A stretch of DNA of 56,382 bases, filler included, from Sphacelaria rigidula (Eukaryota), in the NCBI GenBank assembly GCA_964200075.2. It is 5 parts of 5 records of this genome, joined end to end, with 100 filler letters (N's around TTAATTAATTAA, not from the genome) between each part and the next. Parts side by side here need not be neighbours in the genome. Positions count along the whole stretch, not along the records: positions 11,298 to 22,494 come from CAXNAA020005256.1; positions 22,595 to 33,791 come from CAXNAA020005257.1; 3 more parts are not named here. One strand, given 5' to 3'. Position 1 is the stretch's first letter, and every line of letters starts with the position of its first letter. Both the position numbers and the translations under genes were made by a program. Positions 12,795 through 25,526 of this stretch are shown in pieces. The notes beneath the pieces were generated by a model that searched no databases, was not told the origin of the DNA, and saw only the letters and a list, made by a program, of their open reading frames with translations.

Positions 12795-13121
12795 CTTCTC
12801 GAGCTCCGGCTTGAGCATTAGACACGGCCCGCACCATACAGCAAACACATCGAGGATCATAGGAAGATCCCACTCCGTCATCTCTTTCTCTAGCTCCTCC
12901 CCTGTCACCTCCCTTACGGCCCGGGTCGCTGTTCCTATTGCACGACCGCTCCCTAACCCATGTAATGGCTGGCGAAGTAACTGCTGATTTGCTATCGCAT
13001 GTTTCGCATCAGCGCGTAAAGCAGCGGGTACGACTACGAATGCGGTGGAGAGCGTGGTTACACATGCGGCGATTACGACCAGCAGTAAGGTCTGCAGGAG
13101 CATGCTTGTAGCCGTTGCCAT
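12795..13121 (-). CDS. Exon 1 of a plastid-targeted thioredoxin (Trx z-like)
   Basis: ATG at 13121; hydrophobic signal peptide ending LSTA|F (stramenopile ASAFAP-type motif); transit-like segment; then LPMILDVFAVWCGPCLMLKPELEK. GTGAAA donor, phase 0. Later exons were not found in this piece. Confidence 0.9.
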
Positions 13122-14320
13122 AGCACTTGAACGTTGCCGTCAGGTTTCAAGACTCTACACGTATAGTATTTTTGTGGGTACCCATGAATATTTATGGGGG
13201 TATGCTGGGGGTATCGACCCCTACCCCAAATTTGCTCCAATCAAAACAATAGGTGGTATCATAGCAGTAGTACTGTACTGTTGTGTGTGGTGAACAGTCA
13301 TAGTAGTACAAGACCGGCGCGGTGCTACACATTGATGTCTGTGCAGTAGGGACAGGGGCAGTGTCGTGTTTACAACTGAACACAGGTAGAGGAGAACATG
13401 GAGGCCACGGCGAGCACACCCGTGACTGATTCGGAGCAATGGAGCGACGGAACAGAAATACGGTCTGGTGACGAGATGGGCGATCCACAGCGAGATGGAT
13501 ATCAGGTGTTGGGAGAAGGCGAAAATGATGATGATGACGAAGATCATCCTGATGCTGGTATCTTATCGATCGGGAGGCTAGCTGAGGAAAACCCGGATTT
13601 TGCCGAAGGGGGCTTCGGTCAAGAGGATGTGAGAGGGAATGGTACTGGAGTGGACACGATTGGGGAACGGTGGTACAACAGTATGTTCCAACCTGTTCTG
13701 TATTGAAGGTACCGCGAACGGAGCATAACACCCCCCCCCTTGCTCCTTCGTGAAATTTGTTACGATCCATCACCCGAAATAACACCCCCCTCCAGTATAG
13801 TAGGCTCGGAATGTTGAACCTCAATTCCTACGAGTGATGGAAAAGCCGTGTGTTTTCGGAAGATCGCACGTGTTGGAAAAAACGATGCTTTATTATACTT
13901 CCAACGACGGAATACGTTGGTCACAGCAGCTGCCGTACGTTTTTCACTTGGATGCCACTGCTCCATCGCCTCATCCAGTACAGTTCTGCCCATCCGCCCA
14001 ACCCGGTTCCCCAAGTCCATCCTGCATTGTTGAAATAGAGTACCTGATTTCAGTGTGTGCCATATTTGCAGAGCTCACAGTCCAAGCGCTCGCCCAGCTT
14101 GCAACACGTATGTTCTGGCTCATATCATGGTCTGCGGCGCCGAGTTGAACTCGGCCGACGCACACTTTGCTCTGGGCGCCGTAAGTTTTGCCCTGACTCC
14201 CAGCGCTTCATGGTACTGTCAGTGCGGTCCAGGCCATCTGTTACCCCTTTGGTGAACAGACGAGCTGTCTGGAGTAACCTGTAGCAAATGGTGGGGAGCA
14301 TCATGAGTACTGCATCAGTT

Positions 14321-14429
14321 TTAACCCTTTGACCTCGAAGATAGGTCATCTGCTGAATCGGCATCAATTTCACTTGAAAGAAGTATGTGTGATCCAGATG
14401 GACTACCCGCGTCGCGGTCTAAGGGTCAA
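14321..14429. mobile_element. piggyBac-type MITE, family B
   Basis: TTAA-CCCTTTGACC...GGTCTAAGGG-TCAA with the gaatcggcatcaatttcacttgaaa core. Confidence 0.85.
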
Positions 14430-17400
14430 CCCGTAGACAGCGACCCCCCGCAAGAGGACTGAGTTGAACTTTGCCACATTTGGGGTTCAGAATCATTCCT
14501 TTGTCATAACACAGAACGCCTACTCTATAATGGACGGGCCTGGGAGTGCACATAAGTCACACCACTATTGTGGTCATAACACAGGCGACAGGAGACAGTT
14601 CTGGTACGGTTCACAAGTACAGCTATTTCGCCGCAATTTCATGCTCGGCAGTACAGTAGTGTAGCGTGCTGCGGTAAAATGTATCGTCTACAGCGTACTA
14701 GACTTAACTGCCGCACGCGTTGAGGGTACAAAGCGAGCGTGCTTCGCACCATGAGTGCCGCTGTAAACACGGTTGCAGCACGTGCAGCGCTTATCGGCGT
14801 AGTGTCACTTGGGCGCATGGTGATGAAAGCACTGGGCAACACTCAACCGCTGGCATTGAGTCGCGGGCAGAACAGTCAGTGTTCCGGGCTCTCCCGCATC
14901 CACAACAGAAGCGGGGATACCAGCATTTTCTGCCGAGCTTGCACCACGCTGTACAAAGCGAAGGCGACGATGAGGTATGCCGACGCCGTAGACTGCGGTC
15001 AGAGTGCGCAAAGCTGACGAGGAAGGTTTTTTGTGTGGCATTGGATTTTTGCGGCAGGCGAAGCGTTGCTCCCCAACGGGCAGAAATCCGAGAGCCATTG
15101 GAGGCATCGGGAGTGCGTGGGGGTACAATTGCAGGTGTTTTTTATGCTGCAGAGACTGGGTCAGGTACCCCGCCACCGTAGCAAGTTTGCAGGAAGCGAC
15201 GACTGAAGAGGCAGAGGTGGGGTCTACGCGGGCCAGCGTCGATGCCGTCAGGTTGGCAGCGGAAGTTTGTGACTGTTGTAATATTGTTGTGGGGGCGATG
15301 AAATCACGTGATCAACTCGTCATTTTCAGTGACGCTGATATGCGAGGCCTGTTCCTCTTCGGCAGGACCGATCGTATGTCCACTTGTGTACGGAAACGCG
15401 CGCAGGCTCTAGGTAAAGAGGGGATAAACACAGACGGCATGTGGGGATCGATTAGATTTCTTGAATATTTGACGCCGACGCCGACGCCAGATTGGAGGGC
15501 ACAGTGAGGACTGTCGTGGAAGAAGCGGATAGAACGACGGCACCTCCGCGCCGCCGGCCGATTGCACAGTTGTGCAGCAACAGCTAGTCCGCTGTATACC
15601 AAAAGCGGGGTGTTGGCCCACCCGGGCGGGAGGCAACTTGCATCAGGTGGCCTTCAGCCGGAAGGCTGCCCCGTCAGATCGTGGGGCACAGTGACGCCTG
15701 TTCCAGAAGCGGCGAATAGGACGACGGCACCTCCTCACCTCCATCACCGGTTGGTGGCGGCTGTGCGGCCAGAGAGTCGCCACCCCCGCTGCTCTCCCCT
15801 CACAGCACCCCAAGCCCATCGCCGATCGCAAGTGTAGTAGCCGCCATGCCGGCTGCACTATCAAACGGACTTTTCTCACAGCACGTGGGGCAGCAAGCCG
15901 TGAGGTTGTCCTCTGAACTCCTGCCGGGGATGTCGAAACAGTCGATTCTCAGCAAGGAACCTTGCGCCTGCATCTAGTTTTGCGCCGATGGCCAGCTCCG
16001 CGCCGGATCATTCGGGAGGAGGGTCGGCGTCCATCCCCACACTTCCCGCGTACGTTCCAAGGCTAAATACATTTCACCCTCATGCGCTTGCGCCGGCGAA
16101 CCTGCCACCGCCAGCGCTGGCGGCGGAGCATGTGCTCCATCAATTCGGGCCGTCAGAATCATACTCCATATGCTCCATCTTTACGCCGTTTCTCCCCGTC
16201 TCAACCGCGGCCGGCCGCATGACGGAGATGAAGCCCTGCGAGGACAGGCAACGATGTCGCCAGCGTTCCAGGTGAGACCGCTGGCGTCGGTAGCGCTACC
16301 TGCGACGTCGCCGGCGGGCAGCGGCGGAGGCGGCCGCGGTGGCAGCGCCGTTATCTCTCCCGCCGGGCAGCGGACGGCGCCGGCATCTTCGGCTGCCGGT
16401 GGTCCGGGGTGCGGGATAGATTCGCATGGTATATGGAAGTGCACCGCTACATTTTCCAAGTAGGGTTGAAAGCAAGGCGAGGTGTACTCCAAAGACGCCA
16501 GGGCTGGATTCGCGTTCTGTGGGAAGCACAAGAGGTACGGTAATCCGCCGGCTGCGACAGCGGCGGGAGAAGGGCGGTAGCGCAAACAAAAGTTCATCGT
16601 CTTGTATTCTATGCCCTCTGCCGATTTCCATGATCCCATCGCGGAAGGAGAAGCGTTTCGCGAAAACGGCGCGGTGGTGTAGGACAACCGTGATCCAGAG
16701 TTTGGATATCATCTCGCGGAGCTGGGTAGTCTTGATCTTACTCTGCGCGATGGCGCTGAGGTCGCACCAGATGCGAACAAGTTCAACGCAGAAATTCAGA
16801 AGTTGAAGCAGGACTGTACCGCCAGGTCCAGGAGATGGTTCATCCTCCATCCCCGCCCATGGTGAGAACCTTGTAGACCCCTCCTTCAGTGCGTGGTACT
16901 AGTACTGTTTCCTGGTGCACAGTGATGGTGTTGGAGTTGTCGCGGGGAGTATGTGTGCATGTTTCCCGACATGGCGGTCAATGTACTCCCGTGTGCATCC
17001 CCGCTCGCAAATCGCAGTACTCTCCAAAGCGCGTTATACGCGGTGATTCAAGCCGTCGGCGACTGCATCATCCTCACGCCCGCATGCTGTGCCAAATTTC
17101 CGATGGAGTCACACTGTTGTAGTGCCGTCCTCCGAGCATTACCCTGTCGAATGCAATGGGTTTTTGGGGAATATTATAGTTCGGTCCCGCGATATCCAAT
17201 TCTCCCGTTTCCTTCCATCTCAGGGGTCTGCTCCGCACCTGCCGCCTGCGCTACTCCCTTCGCACTTGGGAGAAAAGTTTGAAGAATTTGGGAGTGCTGC
17301 CGTCGCCGGGTACGACGCTGCCGACGAGAGTGAACCGCGGAAGAGACAGGGTAGTCCACACGGCGGTCATGACCAGGGGGCGGAGACTGGATCAGTTGGG

Positions 17401-19090
17401 GCGGGTGGAAGCGCCGGGGCCAATGAGAATTCCTTTACCAGCGAAGTAGGAACAGTAGGATCGGCGTACACGCTCTCCCGCGTTGATCCCAGCGTGGAGC
17501 CGGATGGGGTGGGCGCGAGCGACACCACGGCCGCGCCGGTCCCGGCGGGGGGGGCAGAAGGGCCCACCCAGGGGGAAGTCAACCCGGCATCGAGCGGGGA
17601 GGGCGGAACGGATTTCACTGGAAATCCCCGATCGGGGGCGGTGGGCACGACGACGGGAAGAGGCCGTGGAGGTGATGCCGATGCTGGGTCGGCATCGGTT
17701 GGCGGTGCTGGGAGAGGAAGTGGCCAGGGGTTGAGGGCGGCGGAAGGGCAGAGTGAAGCCGGCGCTGGTGCCAGCGGAGACGAGCCAGGAGACATTATAA
17801 GCGTGGCGGTCGTAGGGTATGGTACGAGAAGGAGGGCGGTTTCCGCCCGAGCCCCGCGAAGTCGGAAAATTTTCCTACGCTGCGGTACGACGGCCTCCAC
17901 CGTTCCGACGAAAGCCATTGTTTCTCTTCGTTCAGTGCAGCTTTCTGGGATATCTTTGGTATTGAAGCTCGGGACCTCTCGGTAAAGCATGTGAGTTGTC
18001 ATTCCGAGATGCGTTTGCTGCCACACTTGATCGTTGCGGCGCCGTTGCGAACGTTTGAGAGGAGCGCCTCGACTTGTTGCTGTTCTGGCCTCTGTGGGTG
18101 GGTCGACATATGCCATCTGGCGGGATCTTCTCCCGTCAGCACCGTGTGTGTGCACTAAAAGTGTTTACTTCCCATCTATCCCCGTCCCCTGTCCTACCGC
18201 GCCCTTCCACGCATGTTGAACGAACGCCGCAGACACAGACCTTCGCCACAAGCGACTTCCCTCATGTCCTCGAGAAGGAGGCACTGGGGTTGGAGGGCGA
18301 CAATGACAGCTCCGGCGACGGCCTCAGTGGTGGTGCCAACGGTGGGTCTGGCTGCGCGGGGGCTTGTGACGAGACCGACCCCCCCTTGGACTATGGGAGT
18401 GGTACGGGGGCAAGGGGGCAAGGGGTGGCCTCGACGGTCGCGCAGCCAGTAGTCCGGGGGTGGTAAAGGTGGCTGAAGGGAGGTGTAGTGGCGGGGGGTG
18501 AGCTTTTGCGTGGTGGGGGGCCCAGGTCGGGCCCGGCGGGGTTGGCGACTGTCGACGGAGGAGGTGGTGTCATCGTTGGCGCGGGAGGTGTTGGGGCCTT
18601 CACGGGAGGACGTGGCGGGGAGACGACCGCCGGGTCGGGGGCGTCGGGGACGGCAACGGGATATAGCGACGGTGAACCCAATCCTGTCACGGGAGGGACT
18701 GGGACTCCTGGGAGAGGAGGTGGTGGCGATATCGATCGCAGATCGTGCCCGGTGGGTTTGCCGGGGGACAGCGCGGGCGGTGACACAAATCCTCGCGCCG
18801 GAGTGGTGGCGGCGGTGGGATTGGGTGTGAGTGACGGCAGGGGCCATCATCACGGTGGCTCAAAAGTGGTGGTGCCGGCGGTAGCTGCACCCCACGGCGG
18901 TAGCACTGCTGACCCGGGCGCCGCTGCGTCCTCGGGTAGAGGTGCTCCCGGCGGGCCGAGTCCCGGGGCGGAGTCGTTTCCCGCACCGGGGGTAGGACTC
19001 TGAACCGGTGTTTACCCCTCCTCGGGAGAGGCGAGAGATTCGCTGACTGCGAGCCAGGACGGACCTCATTCCACGTGGCCGCGAGGCGGA

Positions 19091-21715
19091 TTGACTGCCC
19101 ACATGACGGGTGTAATCGCCATGGTTATTCACATGGGGTTGGTGACCTGCCCCACCATCGAGGACCATTGGTGTGGAAGTCTCCATAACGGAAATAGATT
19201 TTCTGGGAGCGTTATATCTCGAGGCCTGTTCAGACTAATTTTGCTGTCGCTACTTTCGGACAGTACCATTCGGATCTCCGAAGAGGGGGCAAGCAGATTG
19301 GAATGTGCTACATCACATCAGGTATGTGACGTTAATTGTACCCGGGCGGGGACGAAGACGCCGCATGCCGGCTTCTGGTCGCCGATAGTTGAGCCCGTGG
19401 TGTCCTCAGGGGGCAGGGGGACGCCGTTCACACGAGGAAATATCTATATCCCCCATCTGTATCCGCCACGTCCCGTGCCGATAGCCCCTGTATCCATGAC
19501 GGCCTCTTCGTCGCTGTCCTGTATGCTGTTTTTACCCCGACTGCAAAGAGCTGGAGGCGATCCTAAACAAAGCATGGAGCCAGGCGTGCATTGTGAGAGC
19601 GTGGTTGGCCTTCAATGGGCAAATGGTGCGGTGTGTGCATCACTTCGCTTAGACGGTCTGCGACGGATGCCACAGAAGCCGATCTTGAATGGTGAGAGCC
19701 CGTCCCCCGACTTCTTCGTTGGAACATATCCGCTCTTAACCTCTCCGTTGACATCCGTGGGATGCAATTTCCTTCGGGGAGATGATGTTGTGTGGCTGAT
19801 ATCACGGAGGCAAACTTGGTGGTCGTAGTCCGTGAGTTTGCTTCACGCGAGACGGGTATCACATCGGTCTGCGCGAGCGGAGCGAATATGCGACTTTGCC
19901 CAAACCCACCAAATGCCCCAGTTTCGTGCAATCGCGATGTACACACCACCCGAGGAAATGGAACATGACGGGGCGACCGGAGTACCGTGAGGGCGTGTGA
20001 CCTGGAAAAATGTGTGCATGGACGGGGAGGATGCGGTGGTCGCAGCGACGCATACGTTGACACTCGTTGTCACAGCAACTGTAGTGGTACACTTCGAGGA
20101 GTTATTTATTATGGCTGCCTCGCCGTTTCGCCCCGCTGCCTTTCTCTTGTTTTTCCGCGACCTGTGCTGTACCTCCTGCGTTCACGGTGTGCTTCCCCGC
20201 CGAACAGAAGGAACCTCCCGCTTCCCCCTCCAAACGTACGGTCGACACAGTAGTAGTATGTTGTGAACACCGGTGATCAGATCCCTACCGGGGTGGACAA
20301 GTGGTGACAGCCCCTCTCGATGGTCAGTGGGCGTTGTTCGCCGAAGCAAAAAATTCCGGCCTACCCGAGTAGACGTTCGGAAATGCACATTGCGCCTAGG
20401 TTTTGTTTCGCGCGTGCTCCCCTTGCGCGTGCGTTCCCAGACGACCGTAATTTGCGATTGCAGTGCTCGGGTGAAGTTTGAGCGGCGGCAACCGTACGTG
20501 AATGGGGTGGCGACTCGCGGTGTCCCCTCTTCTTGTCTGCCAGTGGTGGGGTACGATTCACTGTCGACACCACTACGTGCCCACCTCGATAGCTCATGTC
20601 GCGGATCAGTTTATGGTTATCCAACACGCAATCAATCAGTCACGTTCGAAGTGTGTCAGTCCATAAAACCCAATGCGCATTCATGCATGGCTCATGTCAC
20701 TTCTGCCCCCAAATGAACGGAAGTGCCCCCCGCCCCCTGTACTGTTGACATGGCGCCGCCCCAAGGAATGAAGATCTGGGCAGTGCGTTGCTACATGGGC
20801 TATTGCTTCTCAGTATGCACAGACGGGGGATTCAACCGCGACCCGCGCCTGCGCCCGTGGGCGGAGGACCCGTTAGGCCGCACTTGCCGCATGGTCCTCT
20901 ACGTTCTACTGCACCACTGCGAATATCTAGCGAAGCAGATCGCCAACTCCGGCGTCATTCATTTCACCCACGCTGTTTCCAAGTTTCATGGCACACGGTG
21001 TCTCCGCCGTGGGCACACTGAAGAGCAGACTGCGCGGCGCGGCCGCCGTGAAAAAGTGGTGGATAGAAAACGGGGAGAAGACAAATGGCAAACAGAAAGA
21101 TGATGTTTCTCCGGTGCGGGGAGGTCTGCTTCACTCTGGAGGAGTTCGAAGGAGGTCTTCATGTGCACCACTCTTCACGTGTACCAGAATGTTTTGAAGG
21201 GGGTCCCGTACAGGTATGGGCTGACGCGGGGTTAAACTGGTCCGACAGTACGTCCCCAGGGTCGATCATGTGCTTCATGCGGTCATTTTCTAGCTATACT
21301 GGATTTCGAATCGAATGCGCCACAGGTATCGGTGAAATGGCTACACGCTCTCAGAGGATAGGAACCCGTCTCTGTGGGCGCCTTCCAGTGTCCGGCGGGT
21401 TGTATCCGCGCGACCGGGCTGTTGGACGTGGCCTCTTGCGCTCAGACACAAATTTTGAAAAAATAATGTGACTGGGATACGCGCGGTCTGCTCTCGCTCT
21501 CCTTGACGACCTCGCAGGATCGCCCCGGTGTCGACTTCAATTCTGGTTGGGATTTTGACGAACGTGGCCGTGGATATGGTCGAACGCTGATTTTTGGCAC
21601 ACCCATTTGCGGGCGGCATAAGCGGTCCTGTACTTTTCACCCGAACGAGGGGATTGTAGTTCTTGGCTCGCAGTCGATGAATGTAAACTGTATTTTCGTC
21701 CCGCTGCCCGTCTGA
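19091..21715 (+). pseudogene. Decayed intron-containing piggyBac transposase (DDE_Tnp_1_7/PGBD-like)
   Basis: Collinear motifs: IAMVIHMGLVTCPTIEDHW...SVISRGLFRLIL; intron 19322-19550; LEAILNKAWSQ...WLAFNGQMV (for LSIDESMV); MPQKPILNG, intron 19692-20765, MKIWAVRCYMGYCF; LGRTCRMVLYVL; HGVSAVGTLKS; VYQNVLKGV (for YNxxMGGVD); C-terminal RGRGYGRTLIFGTPICG remnant. Several frameshifts. Confidence 0.85.
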
Positions 21716-22324
21716 GTAAATGTTGGTTCCCGAAGTTGGGGCGTACGGCGATGCTAGGCAAGGCAAGGCAAGGCAAGGCATAGAGTCAACCTATCGAAAC
21801 AAAAAATCCGGTCCGGCGTTAAATAATGGAGGATTGAGACCGCCTCTTACAGCAAAAATGAAGAGAAAAAAAACTAGAAAATTCCATTATTGGAGCATCT
21901 GCGTTGCTTTCGGCCCTGAAACTTCGCTAGCAGAATTTCGAGACGTTTGATGCCATCCTGTACTCGCTGAGATGGTTCCGCCACACGTCAGCGTTTTTCG
22001 GGTGACCGCTTTCGGATGTTTTTTTTCCCGAACTTGTTCGTTCTCCCGGGGGCCAATGGTTGTTCCGTGGTACGGGCCAAGTTCACAAAAACGGTACGTC
22101 CGAGATTGCTCTGGGCCTGGCCGGTCTCCGCCAACAAGCACCAGTTTCCGAGCAATATGCAACGTTGGCCTAGACGCAAAACGCGGCCATCGCAAACCTG
22201 TACGGGCGTGATGCAATCGCCTCAACGACGACAGGAACGCATCCGAACGCATCAACATCCGCCGAGCTATCTTTTACGGTTCAAATCAACGGAGAAGCTC
22301 AAAAACGCCACTTTTCTGGGAAGG

Positions 22325-22494
22325 GGGGGAGGAATCTTATGATCATGCATGCCATAGTCTTGAGACCATTGATCTCGCATCCCTACAAAGTCGGCACGGA
22401 GCACGCCGAGTTTTCGCCCGACCAGGCTCGCCCTCAATCACGAAGCGCGAACCGCCGTGGTGTGTTCGGCGAGACACATGAAGGGGGAGCTGCA
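22325..22494 (+). repeat. Dispersed repeat 'G-run-TGTACTCATGATCATGCATGCCATAGTC' family
   Basis: Further copies at about 9950-10052(+), 24230-24421(-), 30790-30838(-), 33190-33440(+) and 54843-54886(+). Confidence 0.8.
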
Positions 22495-22594
22495 NNNNNN
22501 NNNNNNNNNNNNNNNNNNNNNNNNNNNNNNNNNNNNNNTTAATTAATTAANNNNNNNNNNNNNNNNNNNNNNNNNNNNNNNNNNNNNNNNNNNN
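22495..22594. other. Artificial linker
   Basis: 44N-TTAATTAATTAA-44N. Confidence 0.97.
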
Positions 22595-22637
<43 letters not shown>

Positions 22638-22645
22638 CAAGCAAG
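22595..22645. repeat. (GCAA)n microsatellite
   Basis: Directly visible. Confidence 0.9.
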
Positions 22646-22715
22646 AAAATACAATCATCAAAACTCCGAAAACCAAAAACAATACTTCAATGACATGAAA
22701 ACACAATCAACTCAC

Positions 22716-22924
22716 CCCGCGAGCTCCGGGTGATCCTTACCCCGCACTCCTTCCTTGATTACCAGTGCACGCTTCAGAAGCGTCTCCGCCTGACCGTAGC
22801 TTTCCTTAGTCACCAGGTAGCGCCCGAACCTCTCCATGTCATTTGCCAACTCGATCGACATCTTCCCGTATAGCTGCTTGCTCAGGTTCAGCACCTCGTA
22901 CATCTCCTTCTCCAAATCTTTGCC
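22716..22924 (-). CDS. TPR protein (kinesin light chain/TPR_12-like), exon F
   Basis: acacAG acceptor and GTGAGT donor; phase 0/2. Reads GKDLEKEM...YGQAETLLKRALVIKEGVRGKDHPELA. Confidence 0.88.
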
Positions 22925-23024
22925 CTGTGTAACCATGAAATCGAAGGAGACAACGAGACACACGGGACGGGGAGGAATATTTAATTTCAGAGAATACCAT
23001 GATCCATGCCAAGAACCATTGATC

Positions 23025-23612
23025 GTCAGACCTCCTTTCGGAACAATATACAGGAGAAGAAGAGAGGGCGCGCTTCACCACTGGGCCATCCATCAGACCT
23101 CCTCTCGTAAAAATATACAGAAAAAAGCTTAGTTCACCCCCCAGGCCGCTCCTTATAGCAGACAACAATAAAAAATCTGGAAGAGCGCCTTTTTAGAGCT
23201 TCTACGTCCTTTTGTTCGCCCCGGAAGAGAGCTATAATGGGTAGATTTCAACACCTTGAAATGCCTTGCTGTACCCATTGAGACGGTTCCAGTACATCAT
23301 CAGACCTCCTCTCCAAAAATATAGAGAAAAGAGCGTAGTTCACCCCTTGTGCCGCTCCTTATTATGAAGAATAAAAAAAAAACTGGGCAGGTGCCTTTTT
23401 GGAGCTTCTACGTCGTCTTACGCCCTGGAAAAGAGCTAGGCAGATTTTCACTCCTGTCTTCAATAAGGAGCAGCCTCAGCGATCAGCTTTCCTTTCGGAA
23501 AAATATACAAAAGAGGGGGAGCACTTTACCCCTCTGCCATCAGACCTCATTTCGGGACAAAATACGTGAGAGACGGCGTAGTTCACCCCTCAGTCATCAG
23601 ACCTCATTTCGG
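23025..23612. repeat. Degenerate tandem array of catcagacctc...aaaatatacag...gttcacccc units
   Basis: Unit core repeated about six times, interleaved with a ttttggagcttctacgtcg motif related to 28750-28800 and 53015-53060. Confidence 0.7.
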
Positions 23613-25272
23613 CGATTCTCATTATATTTTCGCATGCCACCGCTCATCCCGGTGGACGATTGATCTCAAAGTTCGGGGATCAGAAGATAATAGGTATCCG
23701 CTCTACATACCGAATCAAAATAATCTCCGCGCACAATATTGAATTTCTTACGTGCTGAATTGACAGGGGGTGTTACTGATCGTTTTTGGTCCAAAACACA
23801 TTCATTCTCGGCTCTAGCGCGATGAAATGGTGAGAATAAAAAATAGGGTATGTGAAATTGTTCACGAAAACAGTTGGGATTGACTCCCCACCTCCCCCTC
23901 CCTAGCCTAGTCTGGCGAGAACCTGGAGTGCTCCGTCTCGGCTTTATAAGGGCGAACTCCCGGTGGGGTTGGCGTCGATTGACGATGGCGCAATAAAACA
24001 CCCCACTCACTGCGTGAGCTAGGCAACCAGTTTTTTTTTTGCGCGCGCGCTTGCGTTTTTTTGCGGTAACCATGATGGTAGTCGAGCTAGATCATGTTGT
24101 GCGGCGTGGGAGAACCTCAACTCCGCACAATGGGGGTGATCATACCACGCAGTGTTTAAATGGTGAGACACCCACGAGGCAGTGTATAAGCCGTGACTGT
24201 CTCAGGATGGGCGACACCAGAAGATAGAGCAGCTCATTGTAGGTTGTCATCCAAATGCAAGATAATGAGTAGGCTTCGGGCCGAACAACTTCAGCAGGAT
24301 GCAGCTCACCCGTCGTGCGACTCGCCGAACACACCGTGGCGCTTCGCGCTTGGTGATTNNNNNNNNNNGAGGTCAGTGGTCTCATGACTATGGCATGCAT
24401 GATCATGAGTACACCCCCCCCTCCCGTGCGCTATGTAGAGCTCGGTTGAGCAATTTTCGTAGTCAGATATTTTTCCGAGTTTTCTCGCATAGATTTCTTC
24501 CTTAGCACTCGCAAGTGGTAGCGTCGACAGAAAATTTGGGGGAAACCAGGTTATGATCAGGACAGCCTTCAATTGGTGTTGTCGGAGTGATACGGAGTAA
24601 ACACCTTGTTCATCAGGGGGTGTTATCGACTGTCACTGGTCCAAAAAACACATTTTTTCGGGTCTAGCGCAATGAATATGTAGAGATGAAAAAACAGCAA
24701 TTTTCATTTGTTCAAGAGAGTGATCGGGACTGCTTCGATCGAGCAAACATACGCAAGGGTCCAAACCTGGAGCTGGGTAGCCGCAGGATCCCCGAGATCG
24801 GTCAGCCCGTAAGTTGTTCAACATCGAGTTCAGAGATAATCTTGTTCCGCGAATGTGGAGCGGATATCTGGAATCTTCCGATCCCCAAATTTCGTGACCA
24901 ACGGTTCACTGGGATGAACGGTTGCACGCGACAACACTACGAGTACCGTACTGAAAACCGCCTAGTACGAAAAAGTTACAAAAAATCTCCTCAATTCAGC
25001 TGAAAACAACCATTGTTGAACATTTCATTTCACCGTGGATGGATATTTCGGAACAACATCATCGGCTGACTTTTGAACGCCTGTGCAGTCAAGTAATCCC
25101 GACGCTAATATCAACCTGTTCTTCGGGAACGTCCACCAAGTTACTGACCGATTCGCCCATTCATCACGCATCAAAGAGTACTCGATGTTGCTAACCAAAA
25201 GACAATGTCACAAATACATACACACACACCCACACACACACACACGTGTGGAGGATGACCAAGTAATGTCAC

Positions 25273-25445
25273 CTGTTCTTCGAGAACATCCACCAGGCCA
25301 CCCAGCGCCTCCGCCATGTCGCTGTCCGTACCGGCCAGCTTGTTTCCGACTTTCGTCTGCAGCCTGTCCACCCACCTCTGATAGGCTTCCTCGCAGTCTT
25401 CTATTCGGGCGGGTCCGCGCTCGCGAAGCAGCTTAGCCAGCCTGC
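25273..25445 (-). CDS. TPR protein, exon E
   Basis: gagcAG acceptor and GTGACA donor; phase 1/0. Reads RLAKLLRERG...MAEALGGLVDVLEEQ and joins exon F as EQ|GK. Confidence 0.85.
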
Positions 25446-25526
25446 CTGCTCACCCCACCACCCACGGGGCGCCATCCGTTTACATCCCAATACACGCAAG
25501 AAAAGAAGGCAAACAATCACGATTCG

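Noticed and set aside
14125..14278. Phase-2-compatible last exon for the TPR gene (LLQTARLFTKG...RRRP*)
   Set aside because: It lies across the artificial linker at 22495-22594 and is not TPR-like.
17089..19003. Long overlapping Gly/Pro/Ala-rich ORFs as independent genes
   Set aside because: High-GC low-complexity sequence open in several frames. At most it is the disordered N-terminal part of the decayed transposase.
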